A stretch of DNA of 54,941 nt, counting the filler, from Sphacelaria rigidula (taxonomy: Eukaryota): the NCBI GenBank assembly GCA_964200075.2. It is 6 parts of 6 records of this genome, joined end to end, with 100 filler letters (N's around TTAATTAATTAA, not from the genome) between each part and the next. Parts side by side here need not be neighbours in the genome. Positions count along the whole stretch, not along the records: positions 27,523 to 36,595 come from CAXNAA020009368.1; positions 36,696 to 45,768 come from CAXNAA020009369.1; positions 45,869 to 54,941 come from CAXNAA020009370.1; 3 more parts are not named here. One strand, given 5' to 3'. This document shows, piece after piece, positions 34,700 through 46,273 of this stretch (within the stretch, counting starts at the first letter, position 1; each line of letters opens with the position of its first letter). A program made the position numbers and the translations under genes. The notes under the pieces are model-generated. The model saw nothing but the letters and a program-made list of their open reading frames with translations, was not told the DNA's origin and searched no databases.

Positions 34700-35930
34700 T
34701 CACCCGGTCATCACATAATAATCGTCGTGAACCACCGCCTGTCCTTCGGGACCACCGTCTGCCGTTCGACCCTGGAATATGAAAATATATCACGTAGTGA
34801 TTTTTCATCTGGTAGTTGTCGTACATCATCGGCACTCGTTAGGGAACGCCGTGTCTACTTCGACCCCGGAAAGTGAGCGAATGTTACCCAGTCATTTACA
34901 TATGACACTCGTTGTTCACTACCATCAGTTGCTCGGAGAGATCGCTCGTGGTACGACCCTGGCAGATGAACCGGTATGATCCACTGTTTACCGAAGATAC
35001 TCGTTACCCATCACCAACACTTGTCCGGGACCATCATTTTTGCACACTGGCACATGATTAAAAAATAGCAAGAACAATGCTACGTTAGGGGTGCGCTTAT
35101 TTCACGAAATTTTGTCTGGTTCAGGGGCTTCTAACGATTCTATAGACGCACAAGAATATGGGTCAGGGCATTCCCGTTTGCAGATTCATTCGGGATATCC
35201 CCAGCACATTGGAATAGTAATTCTGGCGTGCTCTCGCATATTTTCATAAGTCGTGTTTTGGATGAAATAAAGGGCTCCTAACAATTCTAACCTCAGAAAA
35301 TATTTGTGTACCCCTACCGTAGCACCCTTCGCAAGATACCTGGCACATGATACTCGTCATTAATCGTGGGCACTTGGTCGGGAACATAGTCTTTACTGAG
35401 ACCTTAGAAGGTGAAAATATTCTAGGCACAGAGTTTATACGTGCCAATCGTTGTCTAGCACCAGCACTCGTTTGGGAGTATCTTTGTTTATCTGACTCTG
35501 GCGGGTGATATAAAAAAAATTGGCCGGTGATCTCTCACAATACACGGTGGATGCCCACCACCATTAGTTGCTCGAAGAGATCGCTTGTTGTACGACCGTG
35601 GCAGAGAACCGGTATGATCCAGTGATCACACGACATACTCGTCACCCATCATCAGAACTTATCCGGGACCATCATTTTTGCACCCCGGGAGGTGGGAAAA
35701 AAATCGAGCGGGAGACGTTACACATGATACTCGTCGTTAAGCATGGGCACTTGATGGGGAACATCATCTCTACTCAGACCTTGGAAGGTGAAAATATTCG
35801 AGGCACAGGGTTTAAACGTCCCAATCGTTGTCCAGCACCAGCACTCGTTTGGGGACATCTTCGTTTATCTGGCTCTGGTTGATGAAAAAAACATTAGCAG
35901 GTGATCTCACACATGAGACGGTGAGTGTCA
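34700..35930. repeat. ~375-bp degenerate tandem repeat (about 3 units) downstream of the KDZ gene
   Basis: Recurring gcactcgtt.ggga, agttgctcg.agagatcgct, ccgggaccatcatttttgcac and gaaggtgaaaatatt. Interrupted by 35077-35324. Confidence 0.75.
35077..35324. mobile_element. Short TIR element (TGCTACGKTAGGGGTRC)
   Basis: tgctacgttaggggtgcgc ... gtgtacccctaccgtagca. The same left end appears at 54881-54941. Confidence 0.75.
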
Positions 35931-36204
35931 TATCCGTTAACCCACGTTACATCGAATGCGTATCTGACACACTAGAATGATTCCTCTTCCTTTCTTTTTC
36001 ACTCGAAAGGTGCACATGACTATTGATCAGAGAAGAAATTTCTTCTCACTTGTTTACAGGTTGATTGATCCTCGTTTGGTGCTCTCTCTCATGGCTTGAT
36101 CACCGACATCATGCTGAAACAAGCCGTCATTCAACAAATGATTTCCCCCCATCATATTGATGCCGTAATCCTAAATGTCCGCCTATGAGGGTGTGTGTTT
36201 TTCC

Positions 36205-36540
36205 AAAAGACAACGAGCATGACTCGTGTGCTCGAGTCATTACTTTTTTTTACAACGAGCAATGACTCGAGTGCTCGCCCTATTACTTTTTTCCCCAACG
36301 AGCAATGACTCCAGTGCTCGCCCTGCTAATTTTTTCCCCAACGAGCAATGACCCGAGTGCTCGCCCTTCTCATTTGTTACCACAACGAGCAATGACTCGA
36401 GCGCTCGCCCTACAACTTTTCTTTCCACAATAACTCGAGGGCTCGTGCTCAAGTCATTCACTTTTTCACGTGGTATGGCTCGTGTGCTCGCTTGCTCGAG
36501 TCATCTATTTCTTCATCACGAGCAATGACTCGCTTGCTTG
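36205..36540. repeat. Tandem array of ACGAGCAATGACTCGAGTGCTCG units (~42-bp period)
   Basis: Units at ~36213, 36255, 36298, 36341, 36385 and 36518, separated by T-rich linkers. Confidence 0.85.
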
Positions 36541-36595
36541 TGTTTTTTCTGGACAACCCCAGGACCAATCATCAATCACTGAAGTGATGGACGAG

Positions 36596-36695
36596 NNNNN
36601 NNNNNNNNNNNNNNNNNNNNNNNNNNNNNNNNNNNNNNNTTAATTAATTAANNNNNNNNNNNNNNNNNNNNNNNNNNNNNNNNNNNNNNNNNNNN
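36596..36695. other. Artificial contig linker
   Basis: N44-TTAATTAATTAA-N44. Confidence 0.98.
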
Positions 36696-38026
36696 CAAAG
36701 TGTGCGTTGGCAGCCTTCGAATCGTCGCGGCAGGTTCAGATTTCTACAGAAACACGTTCTAGACGAGCTGTGTCCACTGCTCCCCGGCCCCAGACCATAT
36801 TTTTTTTCGAAACTTTATCAACACTCAGATCGAGTAGTCATCCCCTGTCAACCATTGTGTACGAACATTCCATCAGGTCTACAGCTCTACGGGTCAATGG
36901 GCCTCTTATTATGCTAGAAGCCAACGTGTGGTGTAACAATTTCAAAGATGAATGCCACGCCGGTGGAGAGCAAATGTCACTCTCAATCCTATATTCAACT
37001 GTCAATTTCGCTAGTGTACCAAAGCACGTGCAGACAGTGCTCTGGTGCTGCTGTTGCGTACACAAAGACATATCGTCTTCTTCACCAGTGTACTGTGGTA
37101 GCGCCTATCGCGTACAATGCTCAAGAGTGCGCTGTGTGGATAGCTCGGTGCGGATCATGTGAACATCGTCACATCGCGGTTTGGTGATACTCCAAAGGTT
37201 TCAACACAATTGCTCGAAAGATATATCCTTTTTTGCCAGCACTTCCCTGGCTGGGTAGTTTACAAGCCAAGTTTAAGATCAGGCTCTCATCACCGTCCAG
37301 ACCAAGAGAACTCGAAACGTCCAGTCCTAAAGACTGACTTGAGAAATTCCTTCAACGTGGGTATCCTACACTCAGCGGGAAAGTGCCACTCGCTGGGCGA
37401 TCCAACCCTCCACTAGTTTCCTGAGCCCCTCAATTTTGCAGTGGCCGCCGGGTATGCCTAGTATTCGCCAAGTGAATGATGGCAAGTAGGGACGCAATTC
37501 TGACGTCAATGTACATTTTTTCTCCTTTTCTTTTCTCTCAGCTGTCTAATTTTTGTTCATCACGTTTCGCTCGCTCCGTTCCATGTCGCTAAATCTTTCC
37601 CCTACCTCGAGTTTCGTGTAGCCATGCACGATCCGTACGCAAAGCAATAAGCTGTAACGTCTCGCGTGCTTTGTTCCTGTGACAGGAAGCACTACTGTCA
37701 TCGCAGGGGAGGTATGATACTGCGGGGCGAGCATACTAGCCTGTAATATTGATTGATTGATTGACTGATTGTCGCACTTCATCTGACCCCCCAGGGATTC
37801 AGCCGCGGTCTCATGATAGACGTACCCAAAAAGCACAATACTGAAGCACGCTCGGAAGAAATAGAGGAAGGGAAAAAAAAAAGTCGAACAGGACGACGTA
37901 GCAGACCAAGTCGTGACAAAAAAAAAAGAGAAAAAAAGTCAAGACAAGCAAAGCACAGAAAGAAATAGCCGGCCTCAAACAAATAAACGAACAAAAAAAG
38001 AAAACAAATATGGGCTTGCAAATTAC

Positions 38027-38384
38027 CTGTACCCACAGGCCCGCATGAACAACACGTAGACCCAAGCACGACAGCTCGCAATGTGAACTGCCAACTCTCC
38101 AAACCACGAATTTTCTCTTGCAAGATCAAGATTCCCACATGCATGGAGCTTGCGGCCAAGGTGCCATGTCCATATTTTGACGCGAGGTACCTGTACAGTT
38201 ACAGAGTCCCCGGTTCGCTGCGAACTGTGCGGCACAGTGAAAAGATGGGAACACAAAATTCCGTCACCAGAACGTTTCTTTGTTTCTCGAGACCACCGGG
38301 GGAATGATATACGGTTCAACAGGTTCACTTGGCGTTAGGAACGACGGAAGCTCGACGCCGATGACGAATCCGGGCCCGGGGCTG
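38027..38384 (-). CDS. Two candidate exons (38268-38384, 38027-38190) of an unknown protein
   Basis: GT-AG boundaries are phase compatible (TG+G=Trp), giving SPGPGFVIGVELPSFLTPSEPVEPYIIPPVVSRNKETFWYLASKYGHGTLAASSMHVGILILQEKIRGLESWQFTLRAVVLGSTCCSCGPVGT. No family recognised. Confidence 0.3.
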
Positions 38385-38410
38385 CTGCTTCAATCAGAAT
38401 AAAAAAGAAC

Positions 38411-38947
38411 AGGTTGTGTGCTGTAGGGTACGGATATGTTCTGTATGGTATGAGATACCTCGGAGAAGTTACGAAAATATCGGGTACGGGTATGAACGTC
38501 ATCCAAAAAATTCCAGACTGTCTGGTAACGGTATGTGAGTATTGAACAAGTTACAGTACATAACATTTCGGGTAAGGTATGGGAGGCTCACAGAGAACCG
38601 TACCGGCAACCGGGTATTTCTTCAAAGGTATACCCGCACGCCAGGTGAGGGTAAACACTCTGTACAAAACTCGCCGAAACTGTCGGGTAGGGCATGGAGG
38701 TTTCCCAGAAAACCATGCTCGCAACTGGGTATCTTGTCAAGGACAGACTCATGACCCCCGTGACCGTACGGGAGGCTTTCAGAACTCACGGAACTATCGG
38801 ATAAGGGTATGAAAGTCTCACAGAGGTCACAGAACTGTCGGGTACCGATTTGAAAATCTCACACAAGCCACAAAATTGTCGAGTCAGGCAAATACCCGAA
38901 AAAATACCCCGGGTATACAAAAAACCGTACCCTGCAAAACACAACCT
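38411..38947. mobile_element. Non-autonomous TIR element with internal ~30-bp subrepeats
   Basis: aggttgtgtgctgtagggtacgg ... ccgtaccctgcaaaacacaacct, with internal cacagaactgtcgggta-like repeats. Confidence 0.8.
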
Positions 38948-39054
38948 TCACTGATATCGCAACCAATTAACCTCGTTTCACATACACCAAAAATGCTAAT
39001 TTCGAATATTTGACAACGTTCGTCACACCAAACCCCCTCTCCTCGGATGAGGCT

Positions 39055-39355
39055 GTGTGTAACCCATAGCTATCTCTGGAAGTGGCAAAATACCACAAAA
39101 TGAAGGAGGTCATTCGAGATTGCCACCCACATGCAAGATAATCAGTACGCTTCGGGCCGAAGAATCTTAGCAGGATGCAGTTCACCTTTCACGCGACTCG
39201 CCGAAAACATCGCGGCATTTCGCGCTTGGTGACTGATTACAAGCGTGGTCCGGCGAAACCCTGGCGTGCTTCGTCCCGCCTTTGTAGAGGTGGGAGATCA
39301 ACGGTCTGATGACCATGGCACGCAAGATCATCAGTACACCCCCCTCCCCCCCTCC
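39055..39355 (-). repeat. Copy of the interspersed repeat seen at 23870-24890
   Basis: The reverse complement matches 24310-24600. Confidence 0.8.
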
Positions 39356-40683
39356 CGTCAGTATTATGCAGCGTTGGCACCGCAGTGCACACACAGCATG
39401 AAGCTATTTTTATTCGTCAAAGAACACGTGGTAGCTCCGGTGTCTGTGCTAGGATTGCGACCAGATGTCCCGCAAATTTCACTTTCGGCTTCTTTCGTTA
39501 TTTCATATCGAGGTTGTCGAGGTAGAACGCGAAAGCTGCGAGATACGCGTCCAAAGCGATTGCAGTCACTTGGCGTCCGAGGAAGGTCGTAGACCGGCGA
39601 CTTGCCTCTTGTATCGGGGCACAGAAAACACGGGTAAGGGACATGTATCCAGCTGTCGTCTATCGGCCCTTGTGTTTGCTAGAGTTGTTCCATGAGTCAC
39701 GATTACACACGTATCATGGTCGGCAAGGAGAGCACATCCAGCGAGGTAGAACGGGGGCAATTCGCTTCGTGGTGTTTAACCTGTTGTGGATCCACCAGTC
39801 TCATCAGATATCATAGCACACCAGGTGATGGAAGTGTGATTGGGTGTGAACGAGCGTCGGCAACGCGTGGTGTAAGTCCGACTTTTGGCCGTCGCTGCCA
39901 CAACGAGTCACCATCGGAAAATGACGTAACGCGTGCTTGCTCTTTGAGTGTTAGATTTTCCACATCAGTATGTTGTGTCATTCGAGCTGTGGAGTCGAAC
40001 CAACGTATCGGACTTCGCAGCCGCAGAGACTGGCTATCGGTGGACATCACCAGTGTTGCGCCATACTCTCTTGCCCATCTCGTACACCCCGCCGGGCATC
40101 GGTTCCAAGAGAGGGGTGGCGAAACATTTCAAAGTACTTGGTGCAAGTCTGGTGGTATGTATTTTCGCATATATGGGGGTATTGTTACATGCGGGACAAA
40201 ACACGCACAAACGCACTCAAGACACTGCGTGCAGTGCAGACAGTACGGACTGTCTATACTATACACGATCGACCATGTACTGTTTCACGAATTTCACGGT
40301 CTTTTTTCGATCGCAAGCTTGGCAATTCGCCTGATCCCAATTCGAGGAGAATGAGCGAATTTCGCTTAAATCAATTTTACCGCTCCTTTTTCTCGATCGA
40401 AAACGAAAGTGCCGAGACACGCCCTGAAACGCCTTTTCATATTAGAGAATTTCGGAAACAAAAAACGGGCGGGAGAAACCCAGCGTTAGGGTTTAGAAGT
40501 TGGGATTGAAGGCTAGGATATGACGAGTTCCCCTAGTCAAACCCCGAAAACTGATCCCCGAGAAGAGACGTGCGCCACAACTCTGGATTAATTTTCAAAT
40601 TCTTCAGAAAAACTGAGTTGCCAAACACCCCAAAGCGTTGGTGCCCAACTCAGGGTTAGGAAACAGAACTAGACACCTTGCCC

Positions 40684-41483
40684 CATAACGACCAAGGTTA
40701 TACAGCACAGTCGTGCGCTAAATATCCTAAGTGGGACGATGGCGGATACCGTGAACGCTCGCGACAGCGCTGGTGATGGCAGCTCGTTCACGAGGGTTAC
40801 CCAAGACTACGAGTTAGACTCAGAGGCGAAGGGGGGAGCTGGGACACCAGTCGACCTGGCTTATGATGACGCGAAAGGGCGGGAGTCGGCCGCTCAAGCA
40901 GCCGCTACGAGGATTTGACAAAACAGCCACCGAACGTGAAGCTTGCGTTAGCTCGTCCAGGTACCCCACCGTTGAGTGGCCATTTTGTCGAAGTCCTCGT
41001 AGCGGCTGCGTGACTGGCGGGCCCACTTCCGCCCTTCCGTGTCATCTTTGGCCACGTCGACTGGTGTCTCTGTTCCCCCTTTGGCCTCCAAGCTGCTAGG
41101 ATTACTGCGTAGTGAACATTTATCGAGAATGACTGTACTTTCCTCGAAATGTGCACACGCACACACACAGGCATGTGTACAATTGTACTAGAGACAGTAC
41201 AGTACAGAACAAGTACTACAGACAGTATACAGAACAGTCTACAGACAGTGCAACAGTACAACTCTCAACTGTCACAACTTGTACTAGTGCTGTACCACAC
41301 ACTGACAGATGCAGGACTAGCGAATGACTAGCGGGCGCCGAGGTGCACTGCCTGTGTGCCCAACGCTGTGTACTCTGCCGTGTTGAGACCTGGGGATTAT
41401 GTTGACGATACCGCTGTCGCGTATTCAACGGTACGGGGACAGCAAAAACAACCACAGTCATGCTAGGATAGAAGGGGTGGGGG
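40684..41483. repeat. Local duplication unit 1 (paralogue 44677-45758) containing a long hairpin
   Basis: Collinear from cataacgaccaag to atgctaggatag in both copies. Confidence 0.88.
40823..41088. ncRNA. Candidate pre-miRNA/hpRNA hairpin 1
   Basis: ~115-nt imperfect arms (gacaccagtcgac / gtcgactggtgtc; gcagccgctacgagga / tcctcgtagcggctgc) and a ~30-nt loop. No expression evidence. Confidence 0.4.
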
Positions 41484-41771
41484 GGCATTGCTTCCACAAA
41501 ATTCAACTCCGAATCGATTTTAGAAGCAACGATCGTCCGAACGCGCGTGTTTGCCGATAAATATCGCTCATTCATACTGCTTGACGCCGTTTTACCCAAA
41601 TACGAGCGCACGGCGAGTGTCAGGTTGTCCGAAACACCAATTAGTCCTTCCTTCCTGGAATCAAAAACTGGGGTTCAAGCGTTGACAATCCAGCCGTTTC
41701 GCACTCATCCCTGAGTTCTGCGTTTTTTCCCCCGAAACTCTCTTCTGACGGATGACAGTTTTGAAACCGGT

Positions 41772-42022
41772 ATAGAGGGTAAGGCAGGTACCCGGTACGG
41801 GTATTTGGGACACCTCGTACCCTACCGATTCCGACTCAATCAGGTTTTTTCAAATACCATGCCTACGATACCTACTATACCATTACATTTCAATAGTTCA
41901 ATACCTACCGCACCCGCTCAATCGGGTATTTTCAAAACTGATACCTACGATACCCACGCATTCCATGGTATGGGATATCCGGTCAATACCGGGGTTACGC
42001 TCGGTACGGTACCTTACCTACG
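41772..42022. repeat. Degenerate element rich in ATACC/GGTA motifs
   Basis: gggtaaggcaggtacccggtac ... cggtacggtaccttaccta inverted ends, with repeated tacc motifs inside. Confidence 0.5.
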
Positions 42023-42032
42023 GATCCCGTGA

Positions 42033-42226
42033 AAGCGTGCAAATTCGCTCGAACTCAAACACGTCCAATGAGCTGATTCCATTCTGCCGCACGAACTCGT
42101 TCGAGTCGATTTTGTTTTCATAAGTCCGTGTCTCATCAAATTGTTTTCGACTCGAACGAGTTTGTGCGGCGGAACTGATTCAGTTCGCTTTGCTAGGTTC
42201 GGGTCCGAGCGAATTTGTACGCTTTG
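42033..42226. mobile_element. Palindromic MITE-like element
   Basis: aaagcgtgcaaattcgctcg ... cgagcgaatttgtacgcttt, with inner arms gccgcacgaactcgttcgagtcga / tcgactcgaacgagtttgtgcggc. Confidence 0.75.
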
Positions 42227-42540
42227 AATAAAAAAGGCTAAGCGAAGATCGTGAAGCGGTACTTCTTTACTTTCATTCAACAGACGGTACAGTACAGACA
42301 GTACAGACTACTGTACAACAGTGGCGGCCTATACTGTCCAGATGGTGTGTGTTTCGCACAGCATGCGGGCGCGATGTGGAAAAGAAGCAGGCAACGCGAC
42401 ACACAGCAGATTTGACAGACAGCACAGCTTTCTGACTCTCTGCAAACAGGAGGATGCGAAGCAGGTTTGAACGACGTGCAGTTTTTCACCGCCTCTACTG
42501 TGCATGAACGCGTTGGCATTTCGACCGCCCACCCCGCAAA

Positions 42541-42907
42541 CCGGTCGCCCCGGTGGCTCAGTTGGTAACATCGAAATCTGCTGACGGTTGGGTCGTGGGT
42601 TCAATTCCCAGAGCGATCTGGGATTTCTTCTCACACCATGCCCAGCGGTGGAGAGCGACTATGTCGTGGGTATACAAAATTCGACTCAACGGTCGACGTG
42701 GGAAAGGGATTGCTGAACCCCTCTCGCGATAAAAAATAAAGGCAAGCACCGCAGAAGGCAGTTGGGGGCACTAAAAACAAAAAAAAAAGAAAACGCTCCT
42801 GTGCTGACCTTCCTCCTGTATGACCCCGGCTGGTGCGCCCACATATACCGGAAGGTGTAGACCGGCGCCTAGAATAGATGGGATGACAACACACACACAC
42901 ACACACA
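42541..42907 (+). mobile_element. tRNA-derived SINE family S, full length
   Basis: A-box tggctcagttgg, B-box ggttcaattcc, and an (AC)n tail after gatgggatgacaac. Confidence 0.88.
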
Positions 42908-44195
42908 TCCCGACACGCAACTCCGTCGGTGGACCCTGCCACAAAGTTAGATGCCCAAGTTGTTGCCAAAAAAAACCCCGCATCATGCCAAACAGTGGTG
43001 GTGTCGGTTTCCTATCACTACAGTGTATGAATCCTTGCGCTCAGTTCGTGATCTGTGCCGCAAGGTTGAGTAGGTGGCTGCGAATGAACCGTTTGGGTTT
43101 TGAGTACCTGTGTGAAAGGGTAGTATCTGGCACGATTGTCTGCAACACGGGAGTTACGTGCCGCTTCGTTCATTCCACCGCTCGTTTCGCCCCAAGGAGC
43201 TAAGCTATTCTGTTTTGATCCTGTACATCGCGCGCAACAAATTATAAAATGGACTTGAACCAATCTAGGAACATAAATGCCGTTGACGTATCAGATTAGG
43301 CGTCGTAACGACCAGTTCGATTCGACTGAATGTTTTCGAGTCGATTTTTTTTTTCAAGACACGGCCAAGACAGGGCCTGGGCAAGCAAACTGCCTTGTGT
43401 GAATCCCAGTTCTGTAGACCCACGATGCGTCGTGGTTCTGTTCAGAACACACCCGTAGCCAAGAGGAACGTTCCCCACGTTCTCGGCCAAACCGCCCTCT
43501 GCGAAATGCCCGTAGGAAGCCCCGTAACCACGAAGCTACGTATACGCTCCGGGCTCAACGGCACCATACACCACACCGCTACGTAATTCCGTGCGCTTTC
43601 GTCGTTTCGGCGCCTTTCCCCCCTACACTAATTACTTGCTGACTTTTTGTGTCGCTCTTTTGTGTCTCGATATGATGTGCGTACGGTCTTGTCTACTACT
43701 CGGTGCACGGGTACTGTCGCAACTGTGCGTACTATACCGTAAATGTAGATGTAAAGCATACCGAACAACTTGCTGTCTCACCTTAGCTAGCTCGTCCCGT
43801 TTTAGCGAATCTTCACGCTTAATCTACTAGCGCAGCAGCTCCTTCCTCACCGTGTGTGGGTAATGCGCCCTTGCTGCCCTTTCGTATCTCAACCCCCTCA
43901 CAGCAGTGTTACGCCGGCGAACCTGTCACGTCGTTTACCACCACCCCAAAATGAGATCTGACGGAGTAAACAGAATTTTTCAGGCACAAGAATGACGAAG
44001 ATGGTGACGCATAGCTGTGGTACTTATCTGAGGCTACGCCTCCGTCAACGTCCGATTCATTTCCACCCAGTTCTGTACAGCACACGAACGAGCGACGGGT
44101 AACCCGAAAAAACTTGGCGAAATCTGTACCAGCCAAATAAGTTATTCTCCACTATTGCCGACCTGCACACGATCGAAGTGTTCCGTCGGGGGTTA

Positions 44196-44661
44196 GACCC
44201 ACTTTTATGGCAACGAGTCCCGATTTTTACAAATAGGAGGATTTCAGCCCGTCTACAGGCGATTTCCTCCCGTGGATTGATTTTTCGCACCCCAGTCCGT
44301 TGGACAATATTTTTTCGGCTAGCTGTGAGCAAATCAGATCAATTCCCCGATTATAATATATATGGACGTTGACTTTTGGTTTATCACATTTATGCCCAAA
44401 TCGGGACACTCCCGCATCTCCCCCGATTTTTTAAAAAATCGGGGGAGATGCGGGAGTGTCCCGATTTCAGCAGAACGGTGACGTATCGAAAGTCAACGTC
44501 CAGAAAATCGGAGAATTGATCTGGTTTGCTCAAAGCTAGCCGAAAAACATTGCCCAACGGACTGGGGTCCGGAAAATCAATCCACGGGAGGAAATCGCCT
44601 GTAGATGGGCTGAAATCCTCATATTTGTAAAAATCGGGACTCGTTGCCATAAAAGTGGGTC
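44196..44661. mobile_element. Fully palindromic PIF/Harbinger(Tourist)-like MITE
   Basis: TTA|GACCCACTTTTATGGCAACGAGTCCCG ... CGGGACTCGTTGCCATAAAAGTGGGTC|TTA, giving a 3-bp TTA TSD. Confidence 0.9.
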
Positions 44662-44816
44662 TTACAGAACCCAGCCACATAACGACCAAGCTTACAGAAC
44701 ACAGCCGTAGGACAAATATCATGAGTGAGGCGGTGACGGATGTTTTGAACGCCCGCGACAGCACTGGTGATGGCAGCTCGTTCACAAGGGTGACCCAAAA
44801 CTACGAGGAGCACTTG

Positions 44817-45083
44817 GAGACGAACGGGGGAGCCGAGACACCATTCGACCTGGCTTATGATGACGAGAGAGGGCGGGAGTCGGCCGCTCAAGCAGCTGCT
44901 ATGAGGACTTGACGAAATGGCAACCCAACGTGAAGCTTGCATTAGCTCGCGCAGTCACACCACCTTTGGGTGGCCATTTTGTCGAGATCCCCGTAGCGGC
45001 TGCATGGGTGGCCCAGTTCAGCCCTTCCACGTCATCTTAAGCCGCAGGTCGACAGGTGTCTCTCTGTTCCCCTTCTCGCCTTC
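44817..45083. ncRNA. Candidate pre-miRNA/hpRNA hairpin 2
   Basis: Paralogous foldback (gagacacc / ggtgtctc; ggcttatgatgacg / cgtcatcttaagcc; gcagctgctatgagga / tccccgtagcggctgc). Confidence 0.38.
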
Positions 45084-45457
45084 ACGCAGCTAGGATTACT
45101 GCGTGTGGTGAACCTTTATCGAGAACTTCGGTAATTTCTCAAAGTATGCAAACGGACACACATAGGCATGTGCACACTTGTACTACAGACAACAGTACAA
45201 TAGTACTACAGACAGTCTGAGTAGTACAGTACAGAACACTTCCTACCGAAAGTATACAAAACTGTCGACAGACAGTGCAACAACAGTAGAGTAGTAGTAC
45301 CACCCTCAACTGTCTCAACTCATTAGTGCTCCACCAGACACCGGCATGTGCAGCACTTGTGAATGACTATTATAGCGGGCGCCGAGGTGCACTGCCTGTG
45401 TGCCCAACGCTGCCTACTGTGCCGGGTTGGTATCCGGAGGCTGTGTTTACGATACTG

Positions 45458-45684
45458 TGTGTGAGTTGTCGTCCCATCTATAATGGACGCCGGTCTACAC
45501 CTTTCACCTTTCGGTATATGTGGGCGCACCAGTCGAGGTCACACAGGAGGAAGGTCAACACAGGAGGATTTTTCCTCATGTGTTTGTTTGTAGTACTCCA
45601 TTTTTCTTCTGCGGTGCTTGCCTTTATTTTTTATCGCGAGAGGGGTTCAGCAGCACCTTTTCTTCGTCGACAGTTGAGTCGAAT
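45458..45684 (-). mobile_element. 5'-truncated SINE family S with TSD ATACTG
   Basis: ATACTG at 45452-45457 and 45685-45690. The empty site is present in duplication unit 1 (~41407). Confidence 0.88.
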
Positions 45685-45768
45685 ATACTGCTGTCGCGTA
45701 TTCAACGAGACGGGGATAGCACAAACATATAAAATGATGCTAGGATAGGGCGGGGGGTATTTTGGGCC

Positions 45769-45868
45769 NNNNNNNNNNNNNNNNNNNNNNNNNNNNNNNN
45801 NNNNNNNNNNNNTTAATTAATTAANNNNNNNNNNNNNNNNNNNNNNNNNNNNNNNNNNNNNNNNNNNN
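45769..45868. other. Artificial contig linker
   Basis: N44-TTAATTAATTAA-N44. Confidence 0.98.
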
Positions 45869-46119
45869 TGTGTGTTCCTTTGTTTTTAGGTCCCCGCGTT
45901 CCTCTTGCGCTGCTTGCCTTTTTTTTTTTACCGCGAAAGGGGTTCAGCAGTCCCTTTCCCTCGTCGATCATGAAGTCGCATTTTGTGTACCCACGACATA
46001 GTCGCTCTCTACTGTTGGGCATTGTGTGGGAAAAAATCCCAGATCGCTTCGAGATTTGAATCCACGACCCAACCGGCAGAATGTGTTGAGGTTACCAACT
46101 GAACCACCGGGGCGACCGG
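45869..46119 (-). mobile_element. SINE family S, 5' part (cut by contig start)
   Basis: The reverse complement begins ccggtcgccccggtggttcagttggtaac. Confidence 0.85.
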
Positions 46120-46199
46120 CCTTGAGTAAATAACGAGATCATCCCCCGACGTTTTCCTATTTTTAAGGGAAGCCCGAATTGGTGATGATGGTGGGGGAA

Positions 46200-46273
46200 G
46201 GGGGGTCGTACTCATTTGTTGCTTGCCTTCGTCGTTTGACCATTGACCACGCATCCCTTTCAAGACGGAGCAT
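46200..46273 (+). repeat. Short interspersed repeat (gtactcatttgttgcttgcctt...gaccacgcatccctttc.agacggagca)
   Basis: A second copy lies at ~50296-50370 and a fragment at ~27385-27415. Confidence 0.75.

Larger units (their letters stand above)
44677..45758. repeat. Local duplication unit 2
   Basis: Paralogue of 40684-41483 plus a SINE insertion at 45458-45684. Confidence 0.88.

Noticed and set aside
36205-36540. CRISPR-like repeat-spacer appearance
   Set aside because: The repeats are degenerate, the linkers are short, T-rich and similar to each other, there are no cas genes, and the context is eukaryotic.
39692-40509. Long overlapping ORFs (220, 128, 179 aa)
   Set aside because: No recognisable motifs or convincing splice structure. 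Their composition looks like non-coding translation.
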